Of a stretch of DNA of 64,000 bases, positions 31,116 to 41,385 are shown piece after piece. The notes below the pieces were generated by a model that was given only the letters and a program-made list of their open reading frames with translations, ran no database searches and was not told where the DNA came from. This stretch comes from an uncultured delta proteobacterium (lineage in GTDB: Bacteria; Desulfobacterota; Desulfobacteria; Desulfobacterales; Desulfatirhabdiaceae). The first letter of the stretch is position 1; each line of letters starts with the position of its first letter. The translations under genes were made by a program, and so were the position numbers. The DNA lies in the NCBI GenBank assembly GCA_963789395.1, contig CAWBKP010000013.1:160001-224000 (forward strand), given 5' to 3'.

Positions 31116-31380
31116 CCAATATTTCAGTTGACGAATTTTTGCCAGAACGGAAAGTCAGTTCAGTCGTTCATTAAAATAAAAGTTGACTATAATCGAGAAA
31201 CCTTCAGCCTGTCCACTTGAGTATCTACCCAATAATAAAGATATCATACAAAGTCAACAAAGGGAACTTGCCAGGCAGTTAAACATCGGGGATATCCCGG
31301 TTCCGGCACATAAATATATCGCTTTTTCAAAAGACATCGGATAAAGAAATAACGATCACCATCCGAGGAGACGTTCAGCC

Positions 31381-32976
31381 ATGATGCGTGTTTTCAGAAA
31401 TGATCTGATTGATTCCAATCAGTTTGTCGTTACACTGGAGCTGGTGCCGGGCCGAGAGCACGGGGGCAAATCCGTTGAAACGGTCATGCGGATTGCAGCC
31501 GATGCTTTTTCAGATGGCCGCATCTCTGCAGTGTCCATGACGGACAACCCCGGCGGGAACCCCTCGCTCAGCCCGGATGTTCTGGGATCTGAAATTTTCA
31601 AGCTCGGCATGGATGTGATCGTCCACTTCACCTGCCGGGACATGAATCGGGTCGGACTGGAAAGCCGGGCCCTTCAGCTTGCCATGATGGGCATGAAGAA
31701 TATCCTGGCGCTGACCGGAGACTATGCCGGGCAGGGATTTGCCGGGCAGGGGGCTCCGGTGTTTGACCTGGATTCGGTCACGATGCAGTGTCTGCTGGCC
31801 ATGCTGAGTGATCGCATCATGACAGCAGGGGATCCGGACGGTTTTTTCAGCGGCTGCGCCATTTCGCCGTTTAAATATACCGAAGCCGAGAGCTTTGCCC
31901 AGTACGCCAAATTGTGCCGCAAGACAAAGGCCGGCGCGCAGTTTATCATCACACAGCTTGGGTATGATGCGCGAAAATTTCAGGAGCTGATGCGGATACA
32001 GGCGCTCATGGGGATTCAACTGCCGACTCTGGGATCGGTATATGTCCTGACCCCGAAGGTTGCAAGCCTGATGAACCAGGGAAAAATCCCCGGTGCAGTG
32101 GTGCCGGATCGGCTTCTTAACAGGGTCCGGGACGAGTGGGCGGATCCGGCCGGCGGCCGGGCGGCCGGCATTGAGCGGGCAGCGCAGCTTGCAGTGGTAT
32201 TACAAGGGCTGGGGTACCGGGGAATTCATATCAGTGGCATTCATAAACGATTTGAATCCGTTGCCAGGATTCTGGACCGCATGAAACAAATCGAGAACCG
32301 CTGGCCGGAATTTCTTCCGGAATTTGATTTCTCACCCCCCGATGGATTCCATGCTTTTCCGGAAACCGCCACATCCGCTGCTCTGCCGCACAACTACGGT
32401 CGTAAACCGATACGAATGCCGTTATTGGGAAGGCTCCATTTCCACCTGCTTGAACTGGCCCACAGTCTTTTTTTCAACACCGACGCTTCCCTTGCCCCTC
32501 TGTATCAGCGATTGAGTAAATGGTGTGATGGCACCCCGTCGGCGCGAGCGACCCTGCATTTTGCAGAAAATGTGGGAAAACAGGTGATGCTGGACTGCCG
32601 GCAGTGCGGCGACTGCGCCATCCAGCACCTGGCATTCCAGTGTCCGGAATCGGGCTGTCCCAAACACATCCGAAACGGGGCCTGCGGCGGTAGCCGTAAC
32701 GGCCGATGTGAAGTGTATCCGGACAGATGGTGCATCTGGTATCAGACCTATCTGCGTTGGGCGCATGCCGGGAAATCCGATGAAATGCTTGAAGGCTGCA
32801 TTCCGCCGCGCAAATGGGAGCTTGACCGCACATCATCCTGGCTGAACTTCCATCTGAGAAGGGATCACCAGGGGGCATCGGAGGAGTTTGCCCGTTTCTG
32901 CTGCACGCGCGCTTTCTGCGGCTCTCCGGACAGCGGCATCTGTATCGGAACGAAGAAACGGGCCCCAATGCTGTAA
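31381..32976 (+). CDS. metF: Methylenetetrahydrofolate reductase with fused C-terminal Cys-rich MetV-like domain
   Basis: TDNPGG, HFTCRD, LTGD and ITQ motifs; C-terminal CRQCGDC..CPESGCPK..NGACGG..C..C. Confidence 0.85.
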   Translation: MMRVFRNDLIDSNQFVVTLELVPGREHGGKSVETVMRIAADAFSDGRISAVSMTDNPGGNPSLSPDVLGSEIFKLGMDVIVHFTCRDMNRVGLESRALQLAMMGMKNILALTGDYAGQGFAGQGAPVFDLDSVTMQCLLAMLSDRIMTAGDPDGFFSGCAISPFKYTEAESFAQYAKLCRKTKAGAQFIITQLGYDARKFQELMRIQALMGIQLPTLGSVYVLTPKVASLMNQGKIPGAVVPDRLLNRVRDEWADPAGGRAAGIERAAQLAVVLQGLGYRGIHISGIHKRFESVARILDRMKQIENRWPEFLPEFDFSPPDGFHAFPETATSAALPHNYGRKPIRMPLLGRLHFHLLELAHSLFFNTDASLAPLYQRLSKWCDGTPSARATLHFAENVGKQVMLDCRQCGDCAIQHLAFQCPESGCPKHIRNGACGGSRNGRCEVYPDRWCIWYQTYLRWAHAGKSDEMLEGCIPPRKWELDRTSSWLNFHLRRDHQGASEEFARFCCTRAFCGSPDSGICIGTKKRAPML

Positions 32977-33109
32977 TAATATTGGATGCATCGTAAGATG
33001 CCATAAACGGCCACTTTTTGTCCAGGATATCCGGTGAGTTATGCAAAACGGGATTGAATACGGGCGCCCTGCAACGGGAGTTTCGGCAATTTAAGGATGG
33101 AGGCAAGCT

Positions 33110-33556
33110 ATGAAAAGATTATTTTCCATTTGTATCATGATGACGATTCTGCTGCCGTGCCTTGCCACGGGCGAAGAACCGCCGATAGGAAAAATAAAAA
33201 CAAGCAGGGGTGATGTTGTTTTCATCCGCAGTGGCGAAGAAATCGCCATGAATACCGGTGATAAGATTTGCCAGAATGACATCATACGGACGGGGGAGGA
33301 CAGCTCTGTGGGAATTATTTTTGAAGACGACACGATGTTGTCCCTGGGGCCGAAAAGCGAAATAGCCATTGATGAATATGTTTTTGCCCCCCAGGAAGGC
33401 AAACTGTCCATGATTGCCAGTATGCTCAAAGGCACAGCCGCTTATCTATCCGGCATCATAGGCCGGCAGTCACCGGAATCGGTGAAGTTTCAGACTCCGG
33501 ATGCAACAATCGGTATCCGGGGTACAAAATTTCTCGTTAAGGTGGAAGACAAATAA
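33110..33556 (+). CDS. Secreted FecR-domain protein
   Basis: Signal peptide; GD..IRTG and TPDATIGIRGTKF motifs. Confidence 0.85.
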   Translation: MKRLFSICIMMTILLPCLATGEEPPIGKIKTSRGDVVFIRSGEEIAMNTGDKICQNDIIRTGEDSSVGIIFEDDTMLSLGPKSEIAIDEYVFAPQEGKLSMIASMLKGTAAYLSGIIGRQSPESVKFQTPDATIGIRGTKFLVKVEDK

Positions 33557-33636
33557 TCATAGGCCTTGCGGGCGGCATTCCGGCACTTTTAAATTACCCG
33601 TTAAATTGTCATACGGTTCGTACGAATGAGAGGAAT

Positions 33637-34239
33637 ATGAAAAGAGTTATATCGATACTTATAGGCATTGCCCTCATTGGGGGTTTGGCTGGCTGTGGAG
33701 GCAAGAGCATGGTAGTATTGCTCCCGGACCTTGACGGTAATGTCGGGCGGGTGGTCGTGGCGACAGATGGCGGGCAGCAGATCTTGAGCGAAGCCAATCA
33801 GTCGGTGCAGGCAAAAGGTCGGAAGGCAACTCCGGGTGAGGTAAGAAAACTCAGTGCAGATGAGATCTGGTCCACATTTTCCGATGTGCTGGCTGCGCAG
33901 CCACTGCCGCCGGTAAAATTCATCCTTTATTTTGTGTCGAATTCAAATGAACTGACCAGTCAATCCAGGCCTGTTCTGCCGCAAATTATTCAAGCCATTC
34001 AGGAGAGGGATCCTGCCGACATTGTTATCTCGGGGCATACCGACACGGTCGGTTCAATTGGATTCAATGAAAAGCTGTCCCTTGACAGGGCAAGGGTTAT
34101 TTATGACATTCTGGTGGCCAACGGCGCAACTCCTGCCAATATTACCGTCGCCGCCTACGGCAAAGGGCACCCGCTTGTTGAAACATCCGATAATGTTCCG
34201 GAACCCAGAAACCGAAGGGTAGAGGTCATGATAAAATAA
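33637..34239 (+). CDS. OmpA-family lipoprotein
   Basis: Lipobox LAGC; GHTD, LSLDRA and NRRVEV motifs. Confidence 0.9.
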   Translation: MKRVISILIGIALIGGLAGCGGKSMVVLLPDLDGNVGRVVVATDGGQQILSEANQSVQAKGRKATPGEVRKLSADEIWSTFSDVLAAQPLPPVKFILYFVSNSNELTSQSRPVLPQIIQAIQERDPADIVISGHTDTVGSIGFNEKLSLDRARVIYDILVANGATPANITVAAYGKGHPLVETSDNVPEPRNRRVEVMIK

Positions 34240-34267
34240 TTTTTCCTTCGGAACAGCGCGGTTATCC

Positions 34268-36351
34268 ATGAAAACTGAATCAATCATATTTCCAGCCCAG
34301 GATTCCAGGAAGGTTATCGTAATCAGCCGGCAGGGAAGCCGCAGCATCCTTATCTGGGGGCTCCTGTCCACCCTGTTTTTTACCGCCATCTTCGCCCTCA
34401 AGCCAACCCTGCTGCAACCGCTTGATTTTAAGAATTATGACTTGCTTATCAGGAATTTCCCAAACAATTACGCCGGCAGCAGGCCGGTAATTGTTGACAT
34501 AGATGAAAAAAGCCTGATGCGATATGGTCAGTGGCCCTGGCCCCGCTACCAGGTGGCCAGGCTGTTTGATAAAATCGTAGCCATGGAGCCGTCTGTCATC
34601 GGCCTTGACATGGTTTTTCGGAACCCGACAGGACCTCTGCGGGGCGGCTGCTGAAAGATCTTGCGGATGCCTATCAGCTTAATTTCGCAGTTGGCGGGCT
34701 TCCCGGTAAATTGAGCGATAACGATCAGATCCTTGCTGAAACACTGGCCAATGGACCCTTTGTTTTGGGCAATAAATTCCAATTCAGCAGGATTGAAAAA
34801 AGTTTGGAACAATGCATTCTTCACCCCGTCAAGGTTTCGTTTTTGCAGAATACGGGAGGACAGGAAAAGAACTTGGGGCTTCCGGAAAGCTTTGGTGTGC
34901 TTTGTAATTTGACAATTCTCTCTGAAAAGGTCGGTGCTTCAGGGTTTTTTAATTTCAGTCCCGATCCGGACGGCATGTTGAGGCGACTGCCGCTGCTCAT
35001 TCAGTACAATGGGGAAGTTTATGCCAGCCTGGCTCTTGCCATGGTTTTAAAACTTAAGAAAGCCGACAATCTCCTTCTGAAAAAAGACGAAGGCACCCTG
35101 AAAACAATCAGTTACAAGGGTATTGCCATTCCTGTTGACCCCCACGGCCAATTGCTGGTCAAGTTCCGGGGCCCGAACAGGAGTTATGACTATATATCGG
35201 CAGCGGATATCCTGGACGGCATTGTTTCATCAGACCGGCTGCAGGGGCGAATCGCTTTTGTCGGAACCTCGGCGACCGGCCTGAATGAGTTGCGGACCAC
35301 GCCCTTTGATCCGATATTTCCAGGGGTAGAGGTGCATGCCACTGTTGTTGATAATCTGCTGACCGGTGATTTCATTGCGGTGCCAAGCTGGTCCAATGGC
35401 TTGGTCCTGCTACTTGTTATCGTTCTGGGTGTGTCAGTGAGTTTGTTGATTGCCTTCAGTGGTGCCGCATCTGGCTTTATTTTCATGCTGCTTTTTATTG
35501 TTGGGTTATGGTTGGCAACGCAACAGTTTTTTTATCGCATGGGATTGTTTGTCGGGACAGCATTTCCGGTTGCAACTGTTGTCTGTAATTACATATTCCT
35601 GACCGTTCTCAAATATCGGCTGGAAGAAAAGAAAATGCTTTCGGGCATGCGGGAACTGCTTCTCACCCAGGACATAACCATCGAGAGCATGGCCAACCTG
35701 GCAGAATACCGGGATCCGGAAACCGGCGGCCATATTAAGCGCACCAGGAGATATGTAAGGCTGCTGGCAGCGCACATCAAGCAGCTCGACAAGTACAAAG
35801 GCTTCCTGAATGATGCAAACATTGATATGCTTTATAAATCTGCCCCGCTCCACGATATCGGCAAGGTCGGCATCCCCGATCATATACTTCTTAAACAGGG
35901 CAGGCTGACCGAGGAAGAGTTTGAAGTCATGAAGACCCATACGACCATCGGCCGTGACGTCATCGAGTCCTCCGTTAGTAAGCTCGGCAAAAAATCTTTT
36001 CTGACCATTGCCGCAGAAATGGCTTACTCGCACCAGGAGAAATGGGACGGCTCAGGATATCCGCAGGGCCTCAAAGGGGATGGAATCCCCATCAGCGGCA
36101 GACTTATGGCACTGGCCGATGTCTATGACGCCTTGATCAGCAAGCGGGTCTACAAGCCCCCCTTTTCGCATGCCAAGTCGGTGGACATTATTAAAAAAGC
36201 CAGGGGGACTCTCTTTGACCCTGACATGGTGGATGCGTTTCTTGAAATCCATGAAGAGTTCAGAAATATCGCCCGCAAATTTGCCGATTCCAAAGAGGAA
36301 CGGGATGCCCTGGAGAACGACATGACCCGAGATTCGGGGCCGCATCCATAA
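34268..36351 (+). CDS. CHASE2 sensor-HD-GYP c-di-GMP phosphodiesterase (-1 frameshift in a T-run at 34614-34618)
   Basis: VDIDEKSL..GQWPWPR, DPDGMLRR, GVEVHA, three TM helices, HDIGK and HQEKWDGSGYP. Adding one base restores DMVFxEPDR. Confidence 0.85.
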
Positions 36352-36378
36352 ATACGTGTCAAGATCTGCCAAGGCGTC

Positions 36379-37872
36379 CTATTCATCTCCCCGCAGAACC
36401 CGCTTTAATATTTTGCCGGTGGCGCTTTTGGGCAGCTGATCCACAAAAACCACATTTCGGGGTACCCTGTAAACCGCCATATTGGCCCGGCAGAAATCCA
36501 GGATTTGCTCCGGCGTTGCGGTGACATTTTCCTTTAACACGATGGCGACGTGAACCGCCTCACCTTTGACGGGATCCGGCACGCCGTAGACTGCTGCCTC
36601 CTGAACCGCCGGATGCCGGTAGATGATTTGCTCCACCTCGTTGGGGTAGACGTTGAAACCGGCAACGTTGATCATGTCCTTGACCCGGTCGGTGATATAA
36701 AAATAGCCGTCCGAATCCATCATGCCGATATCACCGGAACGCAGCCACCCGTTTCGGATGGCTTCGGCCGTTGCTTCGGGCTTGTTCCAGTATCCTTTCA
36801 TCACGTTCGGTCCACGGATGATGATTTCTCCCATTTCTCCGACCGGCAGCTCGTTGCCGGATTCGTCGGCGATTTTCATGTCCACGTTTTCAATCGGCGT
36901 GCCGATGCTGCCGAATTTGTGGCTGAAGTCATGATTGTAGCTGGCGAACGGCGAGCACTCGGTCAGTCCGTATCCTTCATGGATGATCATGCCGAATTTT
37001 TCCTGCCAGCGCAGGGCCGTCTCCTGGGGCATGTTGGCCGCGGCGGTAAAACAGTAACGCAGACTGGACAGGTCATAACCGGAGGTGTCCATGTTGAGAA
37101 AATAGATAAAAACAGTCGGTACGGCAAAGAACAGGGTCACCCGCTCCTTTTGAATCGCCTCCAGCACGGGCTCCGGCTCAAACCGGCGGTGCAGTACGAT
37201 GGTGGCGCATTTGCTGATGCCGCCGTTCAGGATGTAATTCTGCCCGAAACAATGGAAGAGGGGAAGAAACAGATGCAGCCTGTCATCGGGGCGGACTCCG
37301 GAATGATTGGATGCGGAATGGGAATTGGAACCGATATTCATCTGCGTCAGGACGGCGCCTTTGGGAAAACCGGTGGTACCGGATGTGTAGAGAAGCGCCG
37401 CAGGGTCATGCATATCGGTTTCGGCAATTTTAAAAAGCGTATCGCCTTTGGCCATGAGTTCTTCAAGCGATAAATCGTTTCCGGCCGGGCCTTCGGCGAT
37501 GATGACATGTTTCAGGTCGGGCAGATCCGCATCCACCACTTCCTGGCGCAGGGATGCGGTTGTCAGCAGCACGGTGGCGCCGGCGTCGTTGACGATGTAT
37601 TCGACTTCGTGGCGCTTTAACATGGCATTCACGGAAACGGCGATGGCGCCGATTTTCTGTGCGGCAAAATATCCGAATATAAATTCGGGGATATTCGGTA
37701 AAAACAAGGCCACCCGATCCCCTTTTTCAACCCCCAGCGTTTGCAGGCTGTTGGCAAGACGGTTGACAGCTTCATCGAGCTGGCGATAGGAATATGTTGT
37801 TCCCTCGAAAACCAGCGCCGGCTTATCCGGAAAAAAACGGCGTGCTCGCTCCAGATTTTTCGCGATGTTCAT
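36379..37872 (-). CDS. Long-chain-fatty-acid-CoA ligase
   Basis: YTSGTTGFPKG, GYGLTE and GKILKR motifs. Confidence 0.9.
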   Translation of the reverse strand: MNIAKNLERARRFFPDKPALVFEGTTYSYRQLDEAVNRLANSLQTLGVEKGDRVALFLPNIPEFIFGYFAAQKIGAIAVSVNAMLKRHEVEYIVNDAGATVLLTTASLRQEVVDADLPDLKHVIIAEGPAGNDLSLEELMAKGDTLFKIAETDMHDPAALLYTSGTTGFPKGAVLTQMNIGSNSHSASNHSGVRPDDRLHLFLPLFHCFGQNYILNGGISKCATIVLHRRFEPEPVLEAIQKERVTLFFAVPTVFIYFLNMDTSGYDLSSLRYCFTAAANMPQETALRWQEKFGMIIHEGYGLTECSPFASYNHDFSHKFGSIGTPIENVDMKIADESGNELPVGEMGEIIIRGPNVMKGYWNKPEATAEAIRNGWLRSGDIGMMDSDGYFYITDRVKDMINVAGFNVYPNEVEQIIYRHPAVQEAAVYGVPDPVKGEAVHVAIVLKENVTATPEQILDFCRANMAVYRVPRNVVFVDQLPKSATGKILKRVLRGDE

Positions 37873-38260
37873 GTGTAACTCCTTATCTTGGAAAATTCCT
37901 TCCCAGCCGATAACCGGCGGGGGATAGTGATGTTCCCTTTGCAGGGATGCCCGTTGAGAACTGCGACTTTTCAGTCAGCCCGAACGCGATTCTATAATCG
38001 TTTCGCAAGCTATATTATAGTCACATTACAGCCATGGCTGGTTTTGTCAAGAAGAATTGTGAAGCGGGCGAAAGCCGGTTAATCCGGAACTTGGGGTTTT
38101 TGATTATTGACGAATGAAGGGCCGGCGCTTATCATGAAATAAACAATCAATATGAAGCAAATATGATTACCGATTCCAATTCTCTGGCAGATATCGAATT
38201 CCGGATTGCCTTGAAAAGCGATGCTGCAAGGCAGATGGATGCGGTGCGGGCACAGAAGCA

Positions 38261-39208
38261 ATGATTCCCCTGCACAGACTTCTCATTCTCTCCAGGAACG
38301 CGGATGCCTATCTGCGTTTGATTCGGGCTGCCAACCTGCCGGGCCTGAGCATCCTGGGAACCCGGATTTCCGATGAAGACGGGATGTCCGGCACGGGCTG
38401 TGACATCGTTTTGGGCGAGCCGTCCCTGGTTTGCAGGGCAATTCCGCGGATTCCCGGTCTGCACTGGGTGCAATCCACGTGGGCGGGAGTAGAGCCGCTT
38501 CTGGATCCAACGCTGCGCCGGGACTATGTTCTAACCAACGCCAGGGGTGTTTTCGGCGGGCTCATGTCAGAGTATGTTTTTGCATACCTGCTGGCTCATG
38601 AACGGCGAATACTTCAACGTCATGCCTCGCAGGCAGCCTGCAAATGGGACAAGACCCCGCCCGGAACCCTGGGTGGCAAAAAAATCGGCCTGATGGGCGT
38701 CGGTTCGATCGGCGCCTGCCTGGCGCAAACAGCCAAACATTTCGGCATGACGGTCAAAGGATATACCCGGACCAGCGAAACCTGCGCATATGTGGATGCC
38801 TATTATCACGGCACGGATCTCACGGCGTTTGCAGCAGACCTTGATTATCTGGTGAGCGTTCTGCCTAATACCGCGGAGACGCACCGTATCGTGAATGCCT
38901 CGCTTCTTGACAGGCTGCCGCAAAAGGCCGTTTTTGTCAACGTCGGGCGTGGGAGCGCTGTGGACGAGGCTGCGCTGGCCGATGCGCTCCGGAAAGGCAC
39001 GATCACCGGCGCTGTCCTGGATGTTTTTCAGGAGGAGCCGTTGCCGGCTGAACATATCCTGTGGCGCACGCCAAATGTGTGGATCACCTCTCATACGGCG
39101 GCCCTGAGTTTGCCTGAAGATATCGTACGGGTCTTTATTGACAATTATTTCCTTTTCATACGTGGAGCCGCGCTCCGTTACCAGGTTGATTTTGAGCGCG
39201 GATATTAA
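38261..39208 (+). CDS. D-2-hydroxyacid dehydrogenase family protein
   Basis: GVGSIG, NVGRG, LDVF..EPLP and TSH motifs. Confidence 0.9.
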   Translation: MIPLHRLLILSRNADAYLRLIRAANLPGLSILGTRISDEDGMSGTGCDIVLGEPSLVCRAIPRIPGLHWVQSTWAGVEPLLDPTLRRDYVLTNARGVFGGLMSEYVFAYLLAHERRILQRHASQAACKWDKTPPGTLGGKKIGLMGVGSIGACLAQTAKHFGMTVKGYTRTSETCAYVDAYYHGTDLTAFAADLDYLVSVLPNTAETHRIVNASLLDRLPQKAVFVNVGRGSAVDEAALADALRKGTITGAVLDVFQEEPLPAEHILWRTPNVWITSHTAALSLPEDIVRVFIDNYFLFIRGAALRYQVDFERGY

Positions 39209-39322
39209 GGATGGCCGGCATTTCCGAGCGGTTGACAGCATTGACCCAAAAGATTGATGATGCCGACGAAATGGCCGATAAGTTGACTGCTGATGAAAGG
39301 ATCAGGTTAGGAAGAAATCGTC

Positions 39323-39472
39323 ATGATGAAAAATATTTTTATGCTGATGGCTTTGCTTGGAATGTTGAGCCTGGCAACAGGCTGCAACACCTTTCATGGC
39401 ATCGGCAAAGATATTGAACGGGCAGGACAAAAAACGCAGGAAGCGGCGGATGCCGTCAAGAAGAAAATGTAG
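39323..39472 (+). CDS. Entericidin EcnA/B-family small lipoprotein (49 aa); absent from the ORF track
   Basis: MMKNIFMLMALLGMLSLATGCNTFHGIGKDIERAGQKTQEAADAVKKKM; lipobox plus CNTxxGxGKDI signature. Confidence 0.85.
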   Translation: MMKNIFMLMALLGMLSLATGCNTFHGIGKDIERAGQKTQEAADAVKKKM

Positions 39473-40241
39473 CGGGGCAACCCTTTAAATACGAACGGAT
39501 CCACTGGCTGACCTGAATGCCGCGATCTGTGAGCGCCCGGGTGCCGAACCGGATATTGAATTCCAGAAAATAAAAATGGCCGTTTACTTCGGCCACATCA
39601 AATCCCGCATGATTGATTCCGGTTTTGCCGGCAAAGGATTCGACAAGCCGCACAGCCCCTTCGGGGATATCCTCAAAGCTTACGGCGCCCCCGCGGGACA
39701 CGTTGTTGTGAAACTGCCCCGGCGCAGCTTTCCGCCAGTAACCCGCCACCACCTTTTCCCCGACAAAAACCAGACGCAGATCCCGGCTGATGGGCAGGTA
39801 TTCCTGAGCATACAGTACTTCGTTGCGTCTGGCGTAATCCAGAAAATCCGTTCGGGTTTTGATGAGAAAAACACCCTGGCCCATGGAATTTCTCACTTCC
39901 TTGGCCACAAAGGGAAAACAGAACGTTTCCGTCACCTGTTCGACGGCCGTGTCCGTATGGGCAAGGATTTGCGTAACCGGGGTATTTTCGGGGCAGACGG
40001 CCTGAAATACCCGCGTCATTTCCACCTTGTCATGACCTAAATGAAAGCTGCTGATGCTGGGAAATATTTTCTTTTTCCAGCCGTAAACCAGAGTGTTGAC
40101 CTGCCAGAATTCGGGAAAAAGAATCCAGTCCGCGGCGCGGACAACATCCTGGCGGCTGAGCCACTGTTCGGGCTTCAGCGGCATGACACCCGGAATATTC
40201 AGGGTTCGCAAAGGATCGAATGATACCAGCCGGCCTGTCAT
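39456..40241 (-). CDS. RimK-like ATP-grasp ligase
   Basis: FPFVAK, SMGQGV, QEYL..DLR, NVSRG, GFD and LEFN motifs. ATGA overlap with nspC. Confidence 0.85.
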   Translation of the reverse strand: MTGRLVSFDPLRTLNIPGVMPLKPEQWLSRQDVVRAADWILFPEFWQVNTLVYGWKKKIFPSISSFHLGHDKVEMTRVFQAVCPENTPVTQILAHTDTAVEQVTETFCFPFVAKEVRNSMGQGVFLIKTRTDFLDYARRNEVLYAQEYLPISRDLRLVFVGEKVVAGYWRKAAPGQFHNNVSRGGAVSFEDIPEGAVRLVESFAGKTGINHAGFDVAEVNGHFYFLEFNIRFGTRALTDRGIQVSQWIRSYLKGCPATFSS

Positions 40242-41380
40242 GAAAGCCGGTTCCGGTAGTCAGGGTAGCCGAATTTTCGAACCAGCCGGAACTCGCCTTG
40301 AGGGGACAGGATGCCGATGGACGGAAGCCGAACCCCGTTAAACGTGTTGTTTTTCACCATCGTGTAATGGGCCATATCCTGAAACACCAAGCGGTCGCCG
40401 ACGTTAAGGGGCGCAGGGAAAGAGAAATCGCCGATCACATCCCCTGCCAAGCATGTCAGGCCGGCCAGCCGGTAGGTGAACGGATATTCCCCGGGCAGTC
40501 CGGCCCCTTCGATGACCGGACGATACGGCATCTCCAGCACATCGGGCATGTGGGCCGACGCGGATGTGTCCAGAATGGCGATGTCCATGCCGTTATGGAA
40601 AATATCCAGCACAGAGGCGATTAAAACGCCGGTGTTCAGGGCAATGGCCTCGCCCGGCTCCAGATAAACCTCCAGGGGATGCCTGCTTTTGAATTCGGTA
40701 ATCAGATTGCATAACAGATTCACATCGTAATCGCTTCGGGTGATGTGATGCCCGCCGCCGAAATTGACCCATTCCATGTTCTTTAAAAATGCGCCGAATT
40801 TGGATTCGAATGCGGGAAGGGTTCTTTCCAGGGCGTCGGCATTGAGCTCGCAGAGGGTGTGAAAATGCAGGCCGGAAATTCCTTCCAGATGCTGGGGTTC
40901 AAAATTGCTTCGGGTTACGCCGAGCCGGGAGAACGGTCCGCAGGGATCGTAAATCGGCACGCTCACTTCCGAATGCTCGGGGTTTACGCGGATGCCGCAA
41001 GAAACAGGCTTTTTGGAGGCCATGATTTCGGATTTATATCGGTTCCAGAACGAAAAGGAATTGAACACCAGGTGGTTGCAGCAGGAAAGGATTTCATTGA
41101 AATCGTGATGCGGGAATGCCGGCGCGCAGAAATGAACTTCCCTGCCGAACTCCTCGCGGCCCAGCCTGGCTTCGTCGACGGAACTGGCGGAAATCCCGCA
41201 AAGATATTCCCGGATAACCGGAAACAGGCTGAACATGGCAAAGCCTTTCAGCGCCAGCAGAATCCTGCAGCCTGTTTGCCGCTGAACAAATTCCAGGACC
41301 TTCAGATTTTTGATCAGGGCCGCCTCGTCCACGACATAACAAGGCGTTGGAATTTCGGGGTCCGAAAAACGTGCCTGCAT
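40238..41380 (-). CDS. nspC: Carboxynorspermidine/carboxyspermidine decarboxylase
   Basis: LALKGF, YDPC..SRLG, HFHTLCE, EPGEA, CLAGD and YTMVK motifs. Confidence 0.93.
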   Translation of the reverse strand: MQARFSDPEIPTPCYVVDEAALIKNLKVLEFVQRQTGCRILLALKGFAMFSLFPVIREYLCGISASSVDEARLGREEFGREVHFCAPAFPHHDFNEILSCCNHLVFNSFSFWNRYKSEIMASKKPVSCGIRVNPEHSEVSVPIYDPCGPFSRLGVTRSNFEPQHLEGISGLHFHTLCELNADALERTLPAFESKFGAFLKNMEWVNFGGGHHITRSDYDVNLLCNLITEFKSRHPLEVYLEPGEAIALNTGVLIASVLDIFHNGMDIAILDTSASAHMPDVLEMPYRPVIEGAGLPGEYPFTYRLAGLTCLAGDVIGDFSFPAPLNVGDRLVFQDMAHYTMVKNNTFNGVRLPSIGILSPQGEFRLVRKFGYPDYRNRLS

Positions 41381-41385
41381 GTCCC

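Noticed and set aside
38163..38264. 33-aa ORF coupled to the 2-hydroxyacid dehydrogenase start
   Set aside because: Too short and without a clear RBS. It could be a gene remnant but cannot be supported.
39211..39417. 68-aa ORF
   Set aside because: It overlaps the better-supported entericidin-like gene in another frame and has no motif.
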